Shown: positions 45,584 through 55,518 of the stretch, piece after piece
Numbering within the stretch: the stretch's first letter is position 1
Layout of the letters: every line of letters starts with the position of its first letter
NCBI GenBank assembly: GCA_016211085.1
Contig: JACQSY010000043.1
Location: 22,845 to 86,844 of the forward strand
Length of the DNA stretch: 64,000 bases
Direction of reading: 5' to 3'
From: Acidobacteriota bacterium
GTDB taxonomy: Bacteria; Acidobacteriota; UBA6911; RPQK01; JACQSY01
The notes under the pieces: model-generated
Databases searched by the model: none
What the model was told of the DNA's origin: nothing
Seen by the model: the letters and a program-made list of their open reading frames with translations, nothing else
Translations under genes and position numbers: made by a program

Positions 45584-46678
45584 ATGGGTATCGAATTTCT
45601 AGCGCTGGGTCTGAACCATCGTACTGCCTCAGTTGAGCTTCGGGAAAAGTTTTCAATGGTCCCTGACCGGCAGAAAGCATTTCTCTCCAGACTCCTGCAC
45701 GAGGGTTTGTTTGACGAGGCGGCCATACTCTCGACCTGTAACCGTCTGGAGATTTATGGTGTTGCGCAGGGTCGCAACATTGTGTCACGGCAAATTGCGA
45801 CCTTTTTAACAGAGTGGGCGGCATTGGGACGGGCGGAGGCTCCATTTTACGCTCACCAAGGTGGGGAGGCGTTACGGCACCTTTTTCGTGTTGCTTCCAG
45901 CCTGGATTCTCAAATCGTGGGGGAAACCCACATCCTGGGTCAGGTGAAGGATTGTTACGATCAGGCGCGCGCTTGCGGCAGTGCCGGGCGCTGGCTGAAT
46001 TTGTTTTTTCAGAAATCCTTTCAGGTGGCCAAGCGCGTCCGCACAGAAACCACTATAACCGCCCTTCCCGTTTCTACCGGAAGCTGTGCGGTGGCACTGG
46101 TACGCAGAATCTTTGGAGATCTGGGCGGGCAGAAAGTTTTATTAATCGGGGCCGGCAGTATAGGCGCCACCGTGGCAAGGCATTTTTCCAAGCATCATGT
46201 CGAGTTGTGGGTCTCCAACCGCAACCGTGAAAAGGCAGAGGTTCTGGCTGCAGAAGTCGGGGGGAAAGTCGTGGCTTTTGAAAACTGGGCCGGGATGCTG
46301 GACAGCGTTGAAATCGGAATCTTCGCAACGGCCTCCGAACAGCCTCTACTGTCCCTCACGCAGGCCGCAAGAATCATGCACTCTCGCAAACAGCGCCAGC
46401 TATTGCTGCTTGATCTGGCAATTCCTCGAAATGTCGAAGCCAATAGTGCGAATCTGGAATCCCTGTTTTTATATGATATCGATCGCGTCCAGTCTCTGGT
46501 GGATGCGCACTATACAGTGAGGCTTAAGGAGGCGGAGAAGGCGGAGTCAATTATTGCAGGACGTGCTGCCTCGGTTTGGAGTGGGATTGGCGATCGCCAA
46601 GCACGCGGCATGCCGCAGGAAAGCGGGGAAATGGCCAGAGATTTTGCGAAACCTGGCATTCTTGTGAGGACTACATGA
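45584..46678 (+). CDS. hemA: glutamyl-tRNA reductase
   Basis: N-terminal GLNHRTA…CNRLEIYGV…HLFRVASSLDSQIVGE…, Rossmann LLIGAGSIGA. Confidence 0.85.
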   Translation: MGIEFLALGLNHRTASVELREKFSMVPDRQKAFLSRLLHEGLFDEAAILSTCNRLEIYGVAQGRNIVSRQIATFLTEWAALGRAEAPFYAHQGGEALRHLFRVASSLDSQIVGETHILGQVKDCYDQARACGSAGRWLNLFFQKSFQVAKRVRTETTITALPVSTGSCAVALVRRIFGDLGGQKVLLIGAGSIGATVARHFSKHHVELWVSNRNREKAEVLAAEVGGKVVAFENWAGMLDSVEIGIFATASEQPLLSLTQAARIMHSRKQRQLLLLDLAIPRNVEANSANLESLFLYDIDRVQSLVDAHYTVRLKEAEKAESIIAGRAASVWSGIGDRQARGMPQESGEMARDFAKPGILVRTT

Positions 46679-47130
46679 AGGGACTTCCTAAGACAAGATT
46701 CGTCATCGCTATTCTTCTCATCGTGGGTTCCGTGGCTTACCTGATGTTCAGTGGGGTGAAGAACTCGATGGTTTACTACTACGGCTTGTCCGAGTTACAC
46801 GCCAAGTCTACGGAGCTTGCGGGGAGTGGGGTTCGCCTTACGGGCCTAGTGTCTGCTGGAACTATAGAACGCGACAACCTGTCGTCGACAGTTAACTTTT
46901 CGCTTTATGAGAAGAGCAGCGGCAAATCGATGCCGATCCGGTACCAGGGGGTGATTCCCGACACCTTCAAGGATGATGCCGAGGTGGTTGTGGAAGGCGT
47001 TTATCGTCCTGAGGAATCATACTTTCTCGCTACCACGTTGCTGGCAAAATGTCCTTCAAAATATGAAGCTCAAGGGGAGGAACATCCCGAGGAGATCTCG
47101 TTGCAAAACCGCGTTCCCTCACAGCAATGA
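46675..47130 (+). CDS. ccmE: cytochrome c maturation heme chaperone CcmE, Cys-variant (CxxxY instead of HxxxY)
   Basis: N-terminal TM, OB-fold-like body (…VRLTGLVSAGTIERD…), C-terminal LLAKCPSKYE where canonical CcmE has LAKHDEKY; start ATG overlaps hemA stop (ATGA). Confidence 0.7.
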   Translation: MKGLPKTRFVIAILLIVGSVAYLMFSGVKNSMVYYYGLSELHAKSTELAGSGVRLTGLVSAGTIERDNLSSTVNFSLYEKSSGKSMPIRYQGVIPDTFKDDAEVVVEGVYRPEESYFLATTLLAKCPSKYEAQGEEHPEEISLQNRVPSQQ

Positions 47131-47132
47131 AC

Positions 47133-47720
47133 TTAGCAAGAAATCCTGGAAAATTCTTCGGGGGTGTTGATATTAATAAAGTAGCGCTCAGGAATCCCCA
47201 GTTGCCGCGCTTCAAGGACCAACGAACGGAGTTCCGAACTTCGGATAATCTTCTCTACTTTACGTTGGTTTTCCCGAAGTGCTCGCTCAATCACCTCCAG
47301 GCACGCCTTAGAGTAGTAGGCGCACAACGTGTGGATGCGACCTGCGCTGTCGCGGGCCACTACGGCATCGTGCGCCTGGCTGTAATGGGCCAGGATCTCG
47401 TAAAAACGCGCCTCCATAAAAGGAAGATCACAGGGAAGAAAATAGTTTTCAAGGGAGGTGGAAGCTTTCAGGGCCGTCAGCAAAGCCACCAGCGGACCTC
47501 TTCCTTCGGGCTGATCATAAAGCACCGGAACCGTGAGTTGCTCCAGACGGCTGGGGGTGTTGTTTTCCGGATTTCCCACAACGGTGACCTTCAAGCCGGC
47601 GGAACGGAGAATCTCGACGGCATGTTCGACCAGGGTCATTCCACGGAAGGGAAGGAAAGCTTTTTCCGCACCCATGCGAGAACTCTTGCCGCCGGCCAGT
47701 ACAAAGCCGTTACCCGTCAC
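47133..47720 (-). CDS. mobA: molybdenum cofactor guanylyltransferase
   Basis: N-terminal GFVLAGGKSSRMG…KAFLPF signature, 195 aa. Confidence 0.8.
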   Translation of the reverse strand: MTGNGFVLAGGKSSRMGAEKAFLPFRGMTLVEHAVEILRSAGLKVTVVGNPENNTPSRLEQLTVPVLYDQPEGRGPLVALLTALKASTSLENYFLPCDLPFMEARFYEILAHYSQAHDAVVARDSAGRIHTLCAYYSKACLEVIERALRENQRKVEKIIRSSELRSLVLEARQLGIPERYFININTPEEFSRISC

Positions 47721-47863
47721 AGCCCCAGGATACCTGTTTTTCGGGGCGCGGCGCCTTAGTTTCCCTCATTCACGGAGGTTTCTCTTTTCCGGTTTAAATT
47801 CCCGGGAGAAGGTGGTAGGCTGCTGTTGAAATTGAAATTCGTTATCAACAAGGGAGAGGCGGG

Positions 47864-49816
47864 TTGGCATTGGGTCTAAGAAAAGTTGCTTTGGTGGGAC
47901 ATCCCAACGCCGGTAAGTCGGCGATCTTTTCGCATCTGACGGCACGTTATGCAGCGGTGTCAAACTATCCCGGCACCACGGTGGACATCTTCCGAGGACG
48001 CACCACAGTCAAAGGACAGCCTTATGAAATTCTGGACACACCCGGGATCAATGGCCTGGAGGCACGTTCCGAAGATGAACGCGTCACGTTAGATATTCTG
48101 CAGAAAGACCGTCCCGACCTGATTGTCCAGGTAGCGGACGGGAAAAACCTCCGCCGTACGCTCTACCTGACGGCACGGCTAGCTGAGTTGAAGATCCCGC
48201 TGCTGCTGGATCTGAATATGAAGGATGAGTCGCAGCGCAAGGGGATCTCGGTGGATGTGGAGACTTTGTCTCGATGCATTGGAGTGCCGGTCGTGGAGAC
48301 AGTGGGCACCACCGGCCAAGGTCTCCAGCAAATCCGCGATGCCCTGGATACCCACGCGCTTTGCATGCGCAACGGCGAGACACCCATTCAATGGGTCGAA
48401 TCCATCTTGCACCAGGTCGGTTACCAGGAAGCTGCGCAGGAGCGCTGGACGACGCTTGAGACCACCTTGTGGACGGTGGCAATTCTGGTGGGGGCATTTT
48501 TTCACCTGGAGAACTATTTTGGAGCCGCACTGGGTTGGCCCACTCTTTACGGATGGATCATTTCATCTTTTTCCAGCACGAGCCAGAGCGCGCAACCTGG
48601 ACTTTTGGCTACGGCGGCTGCACTGGTGGGAGGCTATTTGTTTCCAGTCCTGTTACCCTTTTTGTGGGCGGTTCGCGCTGATACCTCCTTCAACGAAAAA
48701 TTCGGGGTGTGGGCAAGGAAATTCGCCACCGGCAGCGTGATCTTGGTGATTGCCCTTTCGCTTCTGTATCAACTTGTTGGCAATCTTGGAGCGCAGGTCT
48801 TCGTCGGTCTTCTTGAAACACAATTGTTTGCGACCTACTTCATCCCCTGGCTACAGCTTCTCTTACCCGCGGGATTTTTCTACGACCTGTTGGTCGGCCA
48901 ATATGGCGTGATTTCCGTGGGACTCACCTATGGCATTGCGATTGTGTTGCCGGTGGTCTTCACGTTTTTTATAGCGTTCAGTTTTCTGGAGGACAGCGGT
49001 TATCTGCCCCGGTTGGCGATCTTAAGCGACAAGCTGTTTCGCAGTATGGGACTGAATGGGAAAGCCCTATTGCCAATGGTGCTGGGTCTGGGCTGTGTCA
49101 CTATGGCGACCATGACCACACGCATCCTGAACACCAAGAAAGAACGGCTGATTGCCACCGTGCTCCTGGCTCTTGGTGTGCCCTGCTCGGCACAGTTGGG
49201 AGTCATCATGGGAATCGTTGCGGGAGCCTCGCCTCAAGCGACCGTGGTTGTTTTCGGCACCGTTTTCACTCAGCTGCTGGTTGTCGGCTACGTGTTGTCG
49301 CGGATACTCCCGGGCCATCGCAGTGACTTCGTTCTGGAGATTCCACCCATTCGTTGCCCTCTTTGGTCGAATATTCTGAAGAAAACTTCACTTCGTGTGC
49401 GATGGTTTTTGAAAGAAGCACTACCCTTGTTTGTATTGGGGACGTTGATTTTGTTCTTACTGGATCGCATCGCTCTGCTGGACCGAATGATCGAGCTCGT
49501 GGAGCCCGTGGTTACAGGGATCCTGCAGTTACCAAGGGAAACTGCTACGGTTTTTTTGCTGGGCTTCCTGCGCAGAGACTACGGAGCCGCTGGACTTTTT
49601 GACATGGCGCGCAGCGGTACGCTGAGTTCTCTGCAAACCGTGGTAAGCCTCACGGTTATGACGCTTTTTGTGCCCTGCATTGCAAATTTTTTTGTCCTCA
49701 TTAAAGAGCAAGGTCTGAAAATTTCTCTGGTCATAACCTTCTTTATTACGGCCTACTCAGTGTCGGTGGGAGCACTGCTAAACCTTCTGCTTCGGTTTTT
49801 GGAGGTGACTGTTTAA
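47864..49816 (+). CDS. feoB: ferrous iron transporter FeoB (copy 1)
   Basis: G-domain VALVGHPNAGKS…DTPG…, followed by polytopic permease domain. Confidence 0.85.
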   Translation: MALGLRKVALVGHPNAGKSAIFSHLTARYAAVSNYPGTTVDIFRGRTTVKGQPYEILDTPGINGLEARSEDERVTLDILQKDRPDLIVQVADGKNLRRTLYLTARLAELKIPLLLDLNMKDESQRKGISVDVETLSRCIGVPVVETVGTTGQGLQQIRDALDTHALCMRNGETPIQWVESILHQVGYQEAAQERWTTLETTLWTVAILVGAFFHLENYFGAALGWPTLYGWIISSFSSTSQSAQPGLLATAAALVGGYLFPVLLPFLWAVRADTSFNEKFGVWARKFATGSVILVIALSLLYQLVGNLGAQVFVGLLETQLFATYFIPWLQLLLPAGFFYDLLVGQYGVISVGLTYGIAIVLPVVFTFFIAFSFLEDSGYLPRLAILSDKLFRSMGLNGKALLPMVLGLGCVTMATMTTRILNTKKERLIATVLLALGVPCSAQLGVIMGIVAGASPQATVVVFGTVFTQLLVVGYVLSRILPGHRSDFVLEIPPIRCPLWSNILKKTSLRVRWFLKEALPLFVLGTLILFLLDRIALLDRMIELVEPVVTGILQLPRETATVFLLGFLRRDYGAAGLFDMARSGTLSSLQTVVSLTVMTLFVPCIANFFVLIKEQGLKISLVITFFITAYSVSVGALLNLLLRFLEVTV

Positions 49817-49817
49817 G

Positions 49818-50129
49818 ATGAGCAGGTACCTGTTCTGCCCGCGTGAACGAATGTCCGGATCGAACGGCAACGGGAACGGTGACTACGCCCAGCAAAGCGG
49901 GGAAACTCACCCATTACGGTTGACCTACCTCCCGCTGGAAACGCCCGCGCGCGTCGCCCGCATTGATGCTGCAGGTGAGTCACTGGTCTTAAATTTCGGA
50001 ATCTATCCGGGTGTCTCTGTCCAGGTGCGTCAAAGATATCCATGCTACGTCATCAAGTGTGAGGAAACCGAAGTAGCTTTGGAGGGCCGATTAGCCTCCC
50101 AGATCTGGGTCTACTACCCGCACGCCTAA
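49818..50129 (+). CDS. feoA: FeoA-domain protein (copy 1)
   Basis: SH3-like FeoA pattern (…LTYLPLETPARVARIDAAGESLVLNFGIYPGVSVQV…); true start may be internal Met. Confidence 0.55.
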   Translation: MSRYLFCPRERMSGSNGNGNGDYAQQSGETHPLRLTYLPLETPARVARIDAAGESLVLNFGIYPGVSVQVRQRYPCYVIKCEETEVALEGRLASQIWVYYPHA

Positions 50130-50207
50130 GCCTGCTTTCCCGGTCGCTCTTTTTCCTCCTCTGGCATTGATTTTGCATCATCTAAAATTACTTTTAAGGT
50201 TACCAAA

Positions 50208-50468
50208 ATGGCGAGACACGTTTCTGGGGTATTTCCGCTTTGTGATTTAAGAGGAGGGGAAGAAGCGGAAATAGTGCGTATTGGGACCTCTTGTGAGGGA
50301 TTATCCAGGATGCGTCTTCTCGAACTAGGGGTCACACCCGGTACTCGAGTACGCCGGGAGTTGAGTAATCTTTTTGGGGACCCCGCAGCCTATCGCATCC
50401 GCTCAACGTTGATTGCGCTGCGCCGGGAGCAAACTTCTGACATCTGGGTGCAAATCCCCACCAGCTGA
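50208..50468 (+). CDS. feoA: FeoA-domain protein (copy 2)
   Basis: 86 aa, FeoA pattern (…EEAEIVRIGTSCEGLSRMRLLELGVTPGTRVRR…). Confidence 0.65.
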   Translation: MARHVSGVFPLCDLRGGEEAEIVRIGTSCEGLSRMRLLELGVTPGTRVRRELSNLFGDPAAYRIRSTLIALRREQTSDIWVQIPTS

Positions 50469-50472
50469 GCCA

Positions 50473-52377
50473 ATGAACTGCGCTGAACGTTGTTCACACA
50501 GGCGACAAGGGCAGGAACAGCAGGAACGGGTAGTGGCGCTTGCTGGCAATCCCAACACGGGGAAATCCACGCTCTTTAATGCGCTTACGGGATTTCGGCA
50601 GCACACAGGAAACTGGCCGGGGAAAACCGTGAGCAAACGGGAGGGGCGTGTAGTGCTTGGCTCGACCGTCTGCCGTCTGGTGGACCTCCCGGGGACCTAT
50701 TCGCTTCACGGTACCTCGCCTGAAGAAGAAATCGCTCAGACCTACCTGAGAACCTCTGAGCCCTCTTGCACCGTGGTTGTAGTGGACGCAACCGCCCTGG
50801 AACGTAATCTTTATCTGGTGCTGCAGATACTCCAAATCACGCGTCGCGTGGTCGTGTGTGTGAACCTCATTGATGAGGCGAAACGTCGAGGAGTCGCTAT
50901 TGATGCAGGAGAATTGAGTCGTGAGCTGGGAGTGCCGGTGGTCCTGACGGCAGCGCGGAGGCGGAAGGGCCTTGCTGACTTGCTGTATGCCGTGGCGGGC
51001 GTGCTGGACCTCGATTGTGATGACTGGGAGAAGTGTACTGTGCCTACCAATGCTTTGGGGCATACAGAAGAGGCGGGCATTTGCGACACCTATGAAGCCG
51101 CCGCAGCCCTGGCTTCACGAACCCAGCATCGGTTGGCAAAACCGCGCCTCCCCGATTCATGGGTTGACCGGGTGCTGACGTCTCCGTGCTTCGGGTTTCC
51201 GCTGATGATTCTGCTGCTGGGCATGATTTTTTGGATAACCATTGTAGGTGCAAATTACCCGTCACAACTGTTAAGTGACTTTTTTTTCAAGGTGGAACAA
51301 CATCTCGAATTGCTTTTTGTGCACGCAGGCGCGCCTTGGTGGTTGGTTGGTTTTTGCCTAAAAGGAGTACTTCGGGGCGTTGGGTGGGTGGTCAGTGTCA
51401 TGTTGCCTCCCATGGCAATCTTTTTCCCGCTTTTTACCTTTCTGGAGGACCTGGGCTACCTACCCCGGGTTGCATTTAACCTGGATTGGCTTTTTAAAAA
51501 GTCGGGCGCTCACGGGAAGCAGGCTCTGACGATGGCGATGGGATTTGGGTGTAATGCCGCCGGCGTCGTCGCGGCACGTGTAATAGACTCACCGCGAGAA
51601 CGTCTGATCGCCATTCTGACCAATACTTTTGTGCCCTGCAACGGGCGCTTTCCTACCTTGTTTCTGATCACGACACTTTTCGTAGGGCCCCTGGTGGCGA
51701 GTCCGTTCTTTTCCCTGGCGTCGGCGGCAGCCGTGACCGCCCTGGTGTTGATCGGGATATTGGTCACGCTGGGACTCTCCTGGCTGCTTTCGCGGACACT
51801 ACTAAGGGGAAAGCCCTCCGCCTTTGCGCTGGAATTGCCACCTTATCGGCGACCTGATCTCTGGCAAATCGTGATCACCTCGATGAGGGACCGCACTATG
51901 TTTGTGCTGGGCCGCGCTGCTTCAATAGCAGCCCCCGCCGGAGGGCTGATCTGGATCATTGCAAACGTCTCCTGGGACGGAGAGGCTTTCGCCCGCATTG
52001 TAAGTGGCTGGTTAGACCCTCTGGGCCATATCCTGGGTTTGGACGGCGTGATTTTGTTGGCTTACCTGATCGCTTTTCCAGCCAATGAAATTGTCGTGCC
52101 CGCAATGCTCATGCTTTATACGGGGGGGCAAGCCATGGAATCTTTGCCACCGCTGGGCAACCTTCGTGCAATATTGGTCCAGGATCATGGATGGACATTT
52201 CTCACCGGTTTGAACATCATGCTCTTTTCGCTCCTCCACAATCCTTGTGGCACCACCCTCGTCACGGTGTGGAAAGAAACACGGCAGTGGCAATGGACTC
52301 TGCTTTCCGGTTTGCTGCCTTTGGGATTTGCATTTTTGTTCTTGCTCGCCACAACCTATGTAGCGCGTCTTTTTTAG
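50473..52377 (+). CDS. feoB: ferrous iron transporter FeoB (copy 2)
   Basis: G-domain VALAGNPNTGKST…DLPG…; membrane domain; start at Met 21 of ORF. Confidence 0.85.
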   Translation: MNCAERCSHRRQGQEQQERVVALAGNPNTGKSTLFNALTGFRQHTGNWPGKTVSKREGRVVLGSTVCRLVDLPGTYSLHGTSPEEEIAQTYLRTSEPSCTVVVVDATALERNLYLVLQILQITRRVVVCVNLIDEAKRRGVAIDAGELSRELGVPVVLTAARRRKGLADLLYAVAGVLDLDCDDWEKCTVPTNALGHTEEAGICDTYEAAAALASRTQHRLAKPRLPDSWVDRVLTSPCFGFPLMILLLGMIFWITIVGANYPSQLLSDFFFKVEQHLELLFVHAGAPWWLVGFCLKGVLRGVGWVVSVMLPPMAIFFPLFTFLEDLGYLPRVAFNLDWLFKKSGAHGKQALTMAMGFGCNAAGVVAARVIDSPRERLIAILTNTFVPCNGRFPTLFLITTLFVGPLVASPFFSLASAAAVTALVLIGILVTLGLSWLLSRTLLRGKPSAFALELPPYRRPDLWQIVITSMRDRTMFVLGRAASIAAPAGGLIWIIANVSWDGEAFARIVSGWLDPLGHILGLDGVILLAYLIAFPANEIVVPAMLMLYTGGQAMESLPPLGNLRAILVQDHGWTFLTGLNIMLFSLLHNPCGTTLVTVWKETRQWQWTLLSGLLPLGFAFLFLLATTYVARLF

Positions 52378-52598
52378 CGGAAGAGCCTGTTCTGCAGTTT
52401 GCTTATGGAACATCCTCCCAGTCTCCCGTCCCTGAAATACGTTGGATTTTGGCGATGGGGGGCTTGCCCGTCGAAATCGCGAAGCCACGAGGCGCCAGTT
52501 GTGAGCCATCGGCGACGACGGCGACAAAAAGTTCTGGCCGCAACAGAATTCAACATATTGCAGAGGCGGGACCCTGGCACTTTGAGAGAACACCAACT

Positions 52599-54314
52599 AT
52601 GAAAACAAGTAAACGGGGATCATTTTCTTTTTCAAAACCTCTGTTAGTGCTTGTCTGCCTGTTTTTCTTGGCAGCAGCCTGGGCGCCGTTGTCCGCCTAT
52701 GCGGGAGGCGATGGGCCCATTTCATTGGAAGCCACCCTGGAGCAAATCGATCGTCTTGAGCAGCAGATAATCGCGATGCAGCGAGAGATCGAGGCATTAC
52801 GAAAGAGGGTGGGTGTGACGCAAAGCACTTCGGCGCCACCCTCAACTGCGGTAGCTCCCACGGCTGCTCTCAAGGCTGATTCAGCGAAGGAGGACCTCAC
52901 CTTTGATTTGCTCCTTTCCGGCGCGTGGTCTACGGATATTTATTCTCAGAACCACTTCACGCTGGGGAAATCGGCCTATAAGGACCAGTATGCTTGGCAA
53001 GGGTTGTTGCTGCGTCCCCAGCTTCAGTTTGGGAAAAACGTCCGGGTAATCACCAGAACGTATCTTGGGAAGGGCGTCTGGGGACTTGACAATGAGCCTG
53101 CCGATCGCACGGGAGGGTTTAGCAGGCAGTTTAACAATAAGGAAACAAAATTCCTCTTTCACACCTTGTGGCTCTACGTCGACGTGAACCTTCCCGGCAG
53201 CGACACTAATTTGAAAATCGGGCGGCAAAAATTCGGATTGGGCAACTTACTGGCGCTCGATACCAATTTCGATGGTATCCAGGCGACGCAGAGCTTGGGA
53301 AAGAAAGGCGGACAGCTGACGCTGGGCTGGGCGAAGGTACACGAAGGAGCGGACAGCTTGAGTGATGCCGTTACCGGAACGCTTGATGCCAGGGATGCCA
53401 CACTTTATTTGGCTTCGTACCAGTTCAAGAAGGGGACCTATTTGGTTAACCCGTTTTACGCTTTTTACAACGATGCGGCGCGCCAGGATGTTCGGACCTT
53501 TGTGCCTGAAAGGCTGGCGTATCAACGCGCGCGTTTTCGTCCCCAGATCAGCAATGTCGGCCTTTTCGGGCTGATGGCCCAGACAGAGCAGAAGGGAATT
53601 GTGCTCAAGGGAGAATTCGATTTGCTGCGTGGGCGAGATGCTATTGCTAATTCCGACTCGGGCCCCGCGGAGTTGCTTGACATCAACGATGGCCGGTTGC
53701 GCGGCTACAACCTCCTACTTGATGCCAAGTATTCTAGAGGACGTTCTTCGATCGGCGCCCTGTTCGGGCGCGGGTCGGGAGATCGTGATGTCGCCTCCGG
53801 TTCCGGCAATGTGAACGGAATCGTGACACAGGGATTTTGGTATGCAACCGAGGTATGGGAAGATTCCATTATGCCCGATGAGGAAGGGATTACGCCCCAA
53901 GGTATGGGCTCGCCCAGCGTGCGTGGTTATCGGGAACTGGAGAACACGACGCTGATTCAGCTGAGTGCGGGACGGAGCTTAATGGGCCAGCTTCGCCTGA
54001 GTGGTGCCTATAATTATTTGCACGCAACGCGGCCGGTTCGCGCTTGGAGCGATTTAAACGGTGATGGCAGAATCAGTGCGGGCGAGTTTCTGGCGCCGAG
54101 ATCGCAAAAGCTGGGTCAGGAATTTTGGGGAAGAGCAGATTACACGATCTCTCCGGGCCTGACCGCCACGCTACGGGGAGGCATTTTTCGTCCTGGGGAA
54201 GCCGCCTCCATCCTCATCAACGGCAGCCCTGCATACCACCGGTCTGCCTGGGAGTTGAGAGGAACTATTTTTTACTTGTTCGAGGACATCTCTTTCAGAA
54301 AGCTGACCCAGTAA
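52599..54314 (+). CDS. putative outer-membrane porin-like protein with N-terminal coiled coil
   Basis: Signal peptide (MKTSKRGSFSFSKPLLVLVCLFFLAAAWAPLSAYA), coiled-coil segment (LEQIDRLEQQIIAMQREIEALRK), beta-rich remainder; upstream part of ORF (52191-52598) overlaps feoB and is rejected. Confidence 0.45.
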   Translation: MKTSKRGSFSFSKPLLVLVCLFFLAAAWAPLSAYAGGDGPISLEATLEQIDRLEQQIIAMQREIEALRKRVGVTQSTSAPPSTAVAPTAALKADSAKEDLTFDLLLSGAWSTDIYSQNHFTLGKSAYKDQYAWQGLLLRPQLQFGKNVRVITRTYLGKGVWGLDNEPADRTGGFSRQFNNKETKFLFHTLWLYVDVNLPGSDTNLKIGRQKFGLGNLLALDTNFDGIQATQSLGKKGGQLTLGWAKVHEGADSLSDAVTGTLDARDATLYLASYQFKKGTYLVNPFYAFYNDAARQDVRTFVPERLAYQRARFRPQISNVGLFGLMAQTEQKGIVLKGEFDLLRGRDAIANSDSGPAELLDINDGRLRGYNLLLDAKYSRGRSSIGALFGRGSGDRDVASGSGNVNGIVTQGFWYATEVWEDSIMPDEEGITPQGMGSPSVRGYRELENTTLIQLSAGRSLMGQLRLSGAYNYLHATRPVRAWSDLNGDGRISAGEFLAPRSQKLGQEFWGRADYTISPGLTATLRGGIFRPGEAASILINGSPAYHRSAWELRGTIFYLFEDISFRKLTQ

Positions 54315-54549
54315 AGGGCCAAGCTGAAGCGCCACGGTTTTTTTGTTAATGTGTCTGCTTCTTCTGCCATCTCATGGTCGCCCCATTTGAAACCTTCAGG
54401 GCGACTACTGGCGGATCTGGCGTAAAATTGCGTCATTTCACTCATCTTCTGGGAAAAATCCCATTTTTCGCTACCGTTAAGTTATTGATTCTCTAACAAG
54501 TAGTTTCTGGAATGGAAATTGTTTTCACTTTTAGCGGGAGGTGGCCGTG

Positions 54550-55518
54550 ATGCAAACAGAGTTAGGCAGCGGTGTCGACTTTTACGTTAACAAAGCGATC
54601 GGCTCGGCTATGGAAAGTCCTGGGGTGGAAGCCATAGGAGCCGAGTTGGTGGAAGTGCGTTGGCATGGCCGGGGGGGGCAAGGCGCCGTGACAGGCGCCA
54701 AGATTTTGGCCAGGGCAGCGACCAAAGAAGGCCTCTGGATTCAGGCATTCTCTGAATTTGGTCCGGAGCGGCGCGGCGCCCCGGTGCTGGCTTTCAATCG
54801 CATCGGTGCGAATGAGATTCGCACTTATGCTCCAGTGGAAGAACCGGACGTTGTGGTAGTGATTGATCCTGCTCTACTGGAACGAGCAGTTCTCAGAGGC
54901 TTGAAAGCGGAGGGATGGCTGGTGGTCAATACGCCGTTCTCACCCCGCCAGGTGGCTCGGAACGTTTCTTTTAGCGGTACGGTGGCGACTCTGGACGCGG
55001 CAGCCGTTTCCCGTGAAGCATCCTTACCCCCTCTGGCCAACATCCCCATGCTCGGTGCACTGGCTGCGGCGACTGGATTGATCCAGCGTTCCGCTCTGGA
55101 AGAGGCGGTTTTCGAAACCTTCCGAGCCTCCCTTGGTGAAGAAACTGCCCGCAAGAACGTCAGGGCGGTTAATCTGGCATGGTCGCAGGTCCGCATTGGC
55201 CATTACCTGGATCCCGGTTCCACTGAAGAAGAAAATGAATGCGCACTGCCTTCATGGCAAGAGCTTGAGCCTGGGGGGACCCTGTACCAGCCCGGCTCTG
55301 CGCGCGATTACCTGACAGGTATGTGGCGTTCTTCTTACCCCCTGTTTAAAAGAGAAGAATGCAACGACTGTTTACGCTGCTGGGTTTTTTGTCCGGACAC
55401 TTCGATCATGACGAACGAAGGTAAGGTGACCGGAATCGATCTCCAGTACTGCAAAGGTTGCGGAGTTTGTGCTGCTGTATGCCCGAGAGACGCCCTTAAA
55501 ATGGTACCCGAGAATTGA
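54550..55518 (+). CDS. porGD: 2-oxoacid:ferredoxin oxidoreductase gamma-delta fusion (PorG + 2x[4Fe-4S] PorD)
   Basis: PorG-like N-terminal body; C-terminal CNDCLRCWVFCP and CKGCGVCAAVCP ferredoxin motifs; GGAGG RBS upstream. Confidence 0.75.
   Translation: MQTELGSGVDFYVNKAIGSAMESPGVEAIGAELVEVRWHGRGGQGAVTGAKILARAATKEGLWIQAFSEFGPERRGAPVLAFNRIGANEIRTYAPVEEPDVVVVIDPALLERAVLRGLKAEGWLVVNTPFSPRQVARNVSFSGTVATLDAAAVSREASLPPLANIPMLGALAAATGLIQRSALEEAVFETFRASLGEETARKNVRAVNLAWSQVRIGHYLDPGSTEEENECALPSWQELEPGGTLYQPGSARDYLTGMWRSSYPLFKREECNDCLRCWVFCPDTSIMTNEGKVTGIDLQYCKGCGVCAAVCPRDALKMVPEN

Noticed and set aside
47127-47759. 210-aa plus-strand ORF overlapping mobA
   Set aside because: Antisense to a clear MobA (GGKSSRMG) coding region; no motifs.
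52191-52598. Upstream 136-codon extension of the porin-like ORF overlapping feoB copy 2
   Set aside because: Overlaps a confidently called FeoB in another frame; a signal peptide begins at the internal Met (52599), which is the likely true start.
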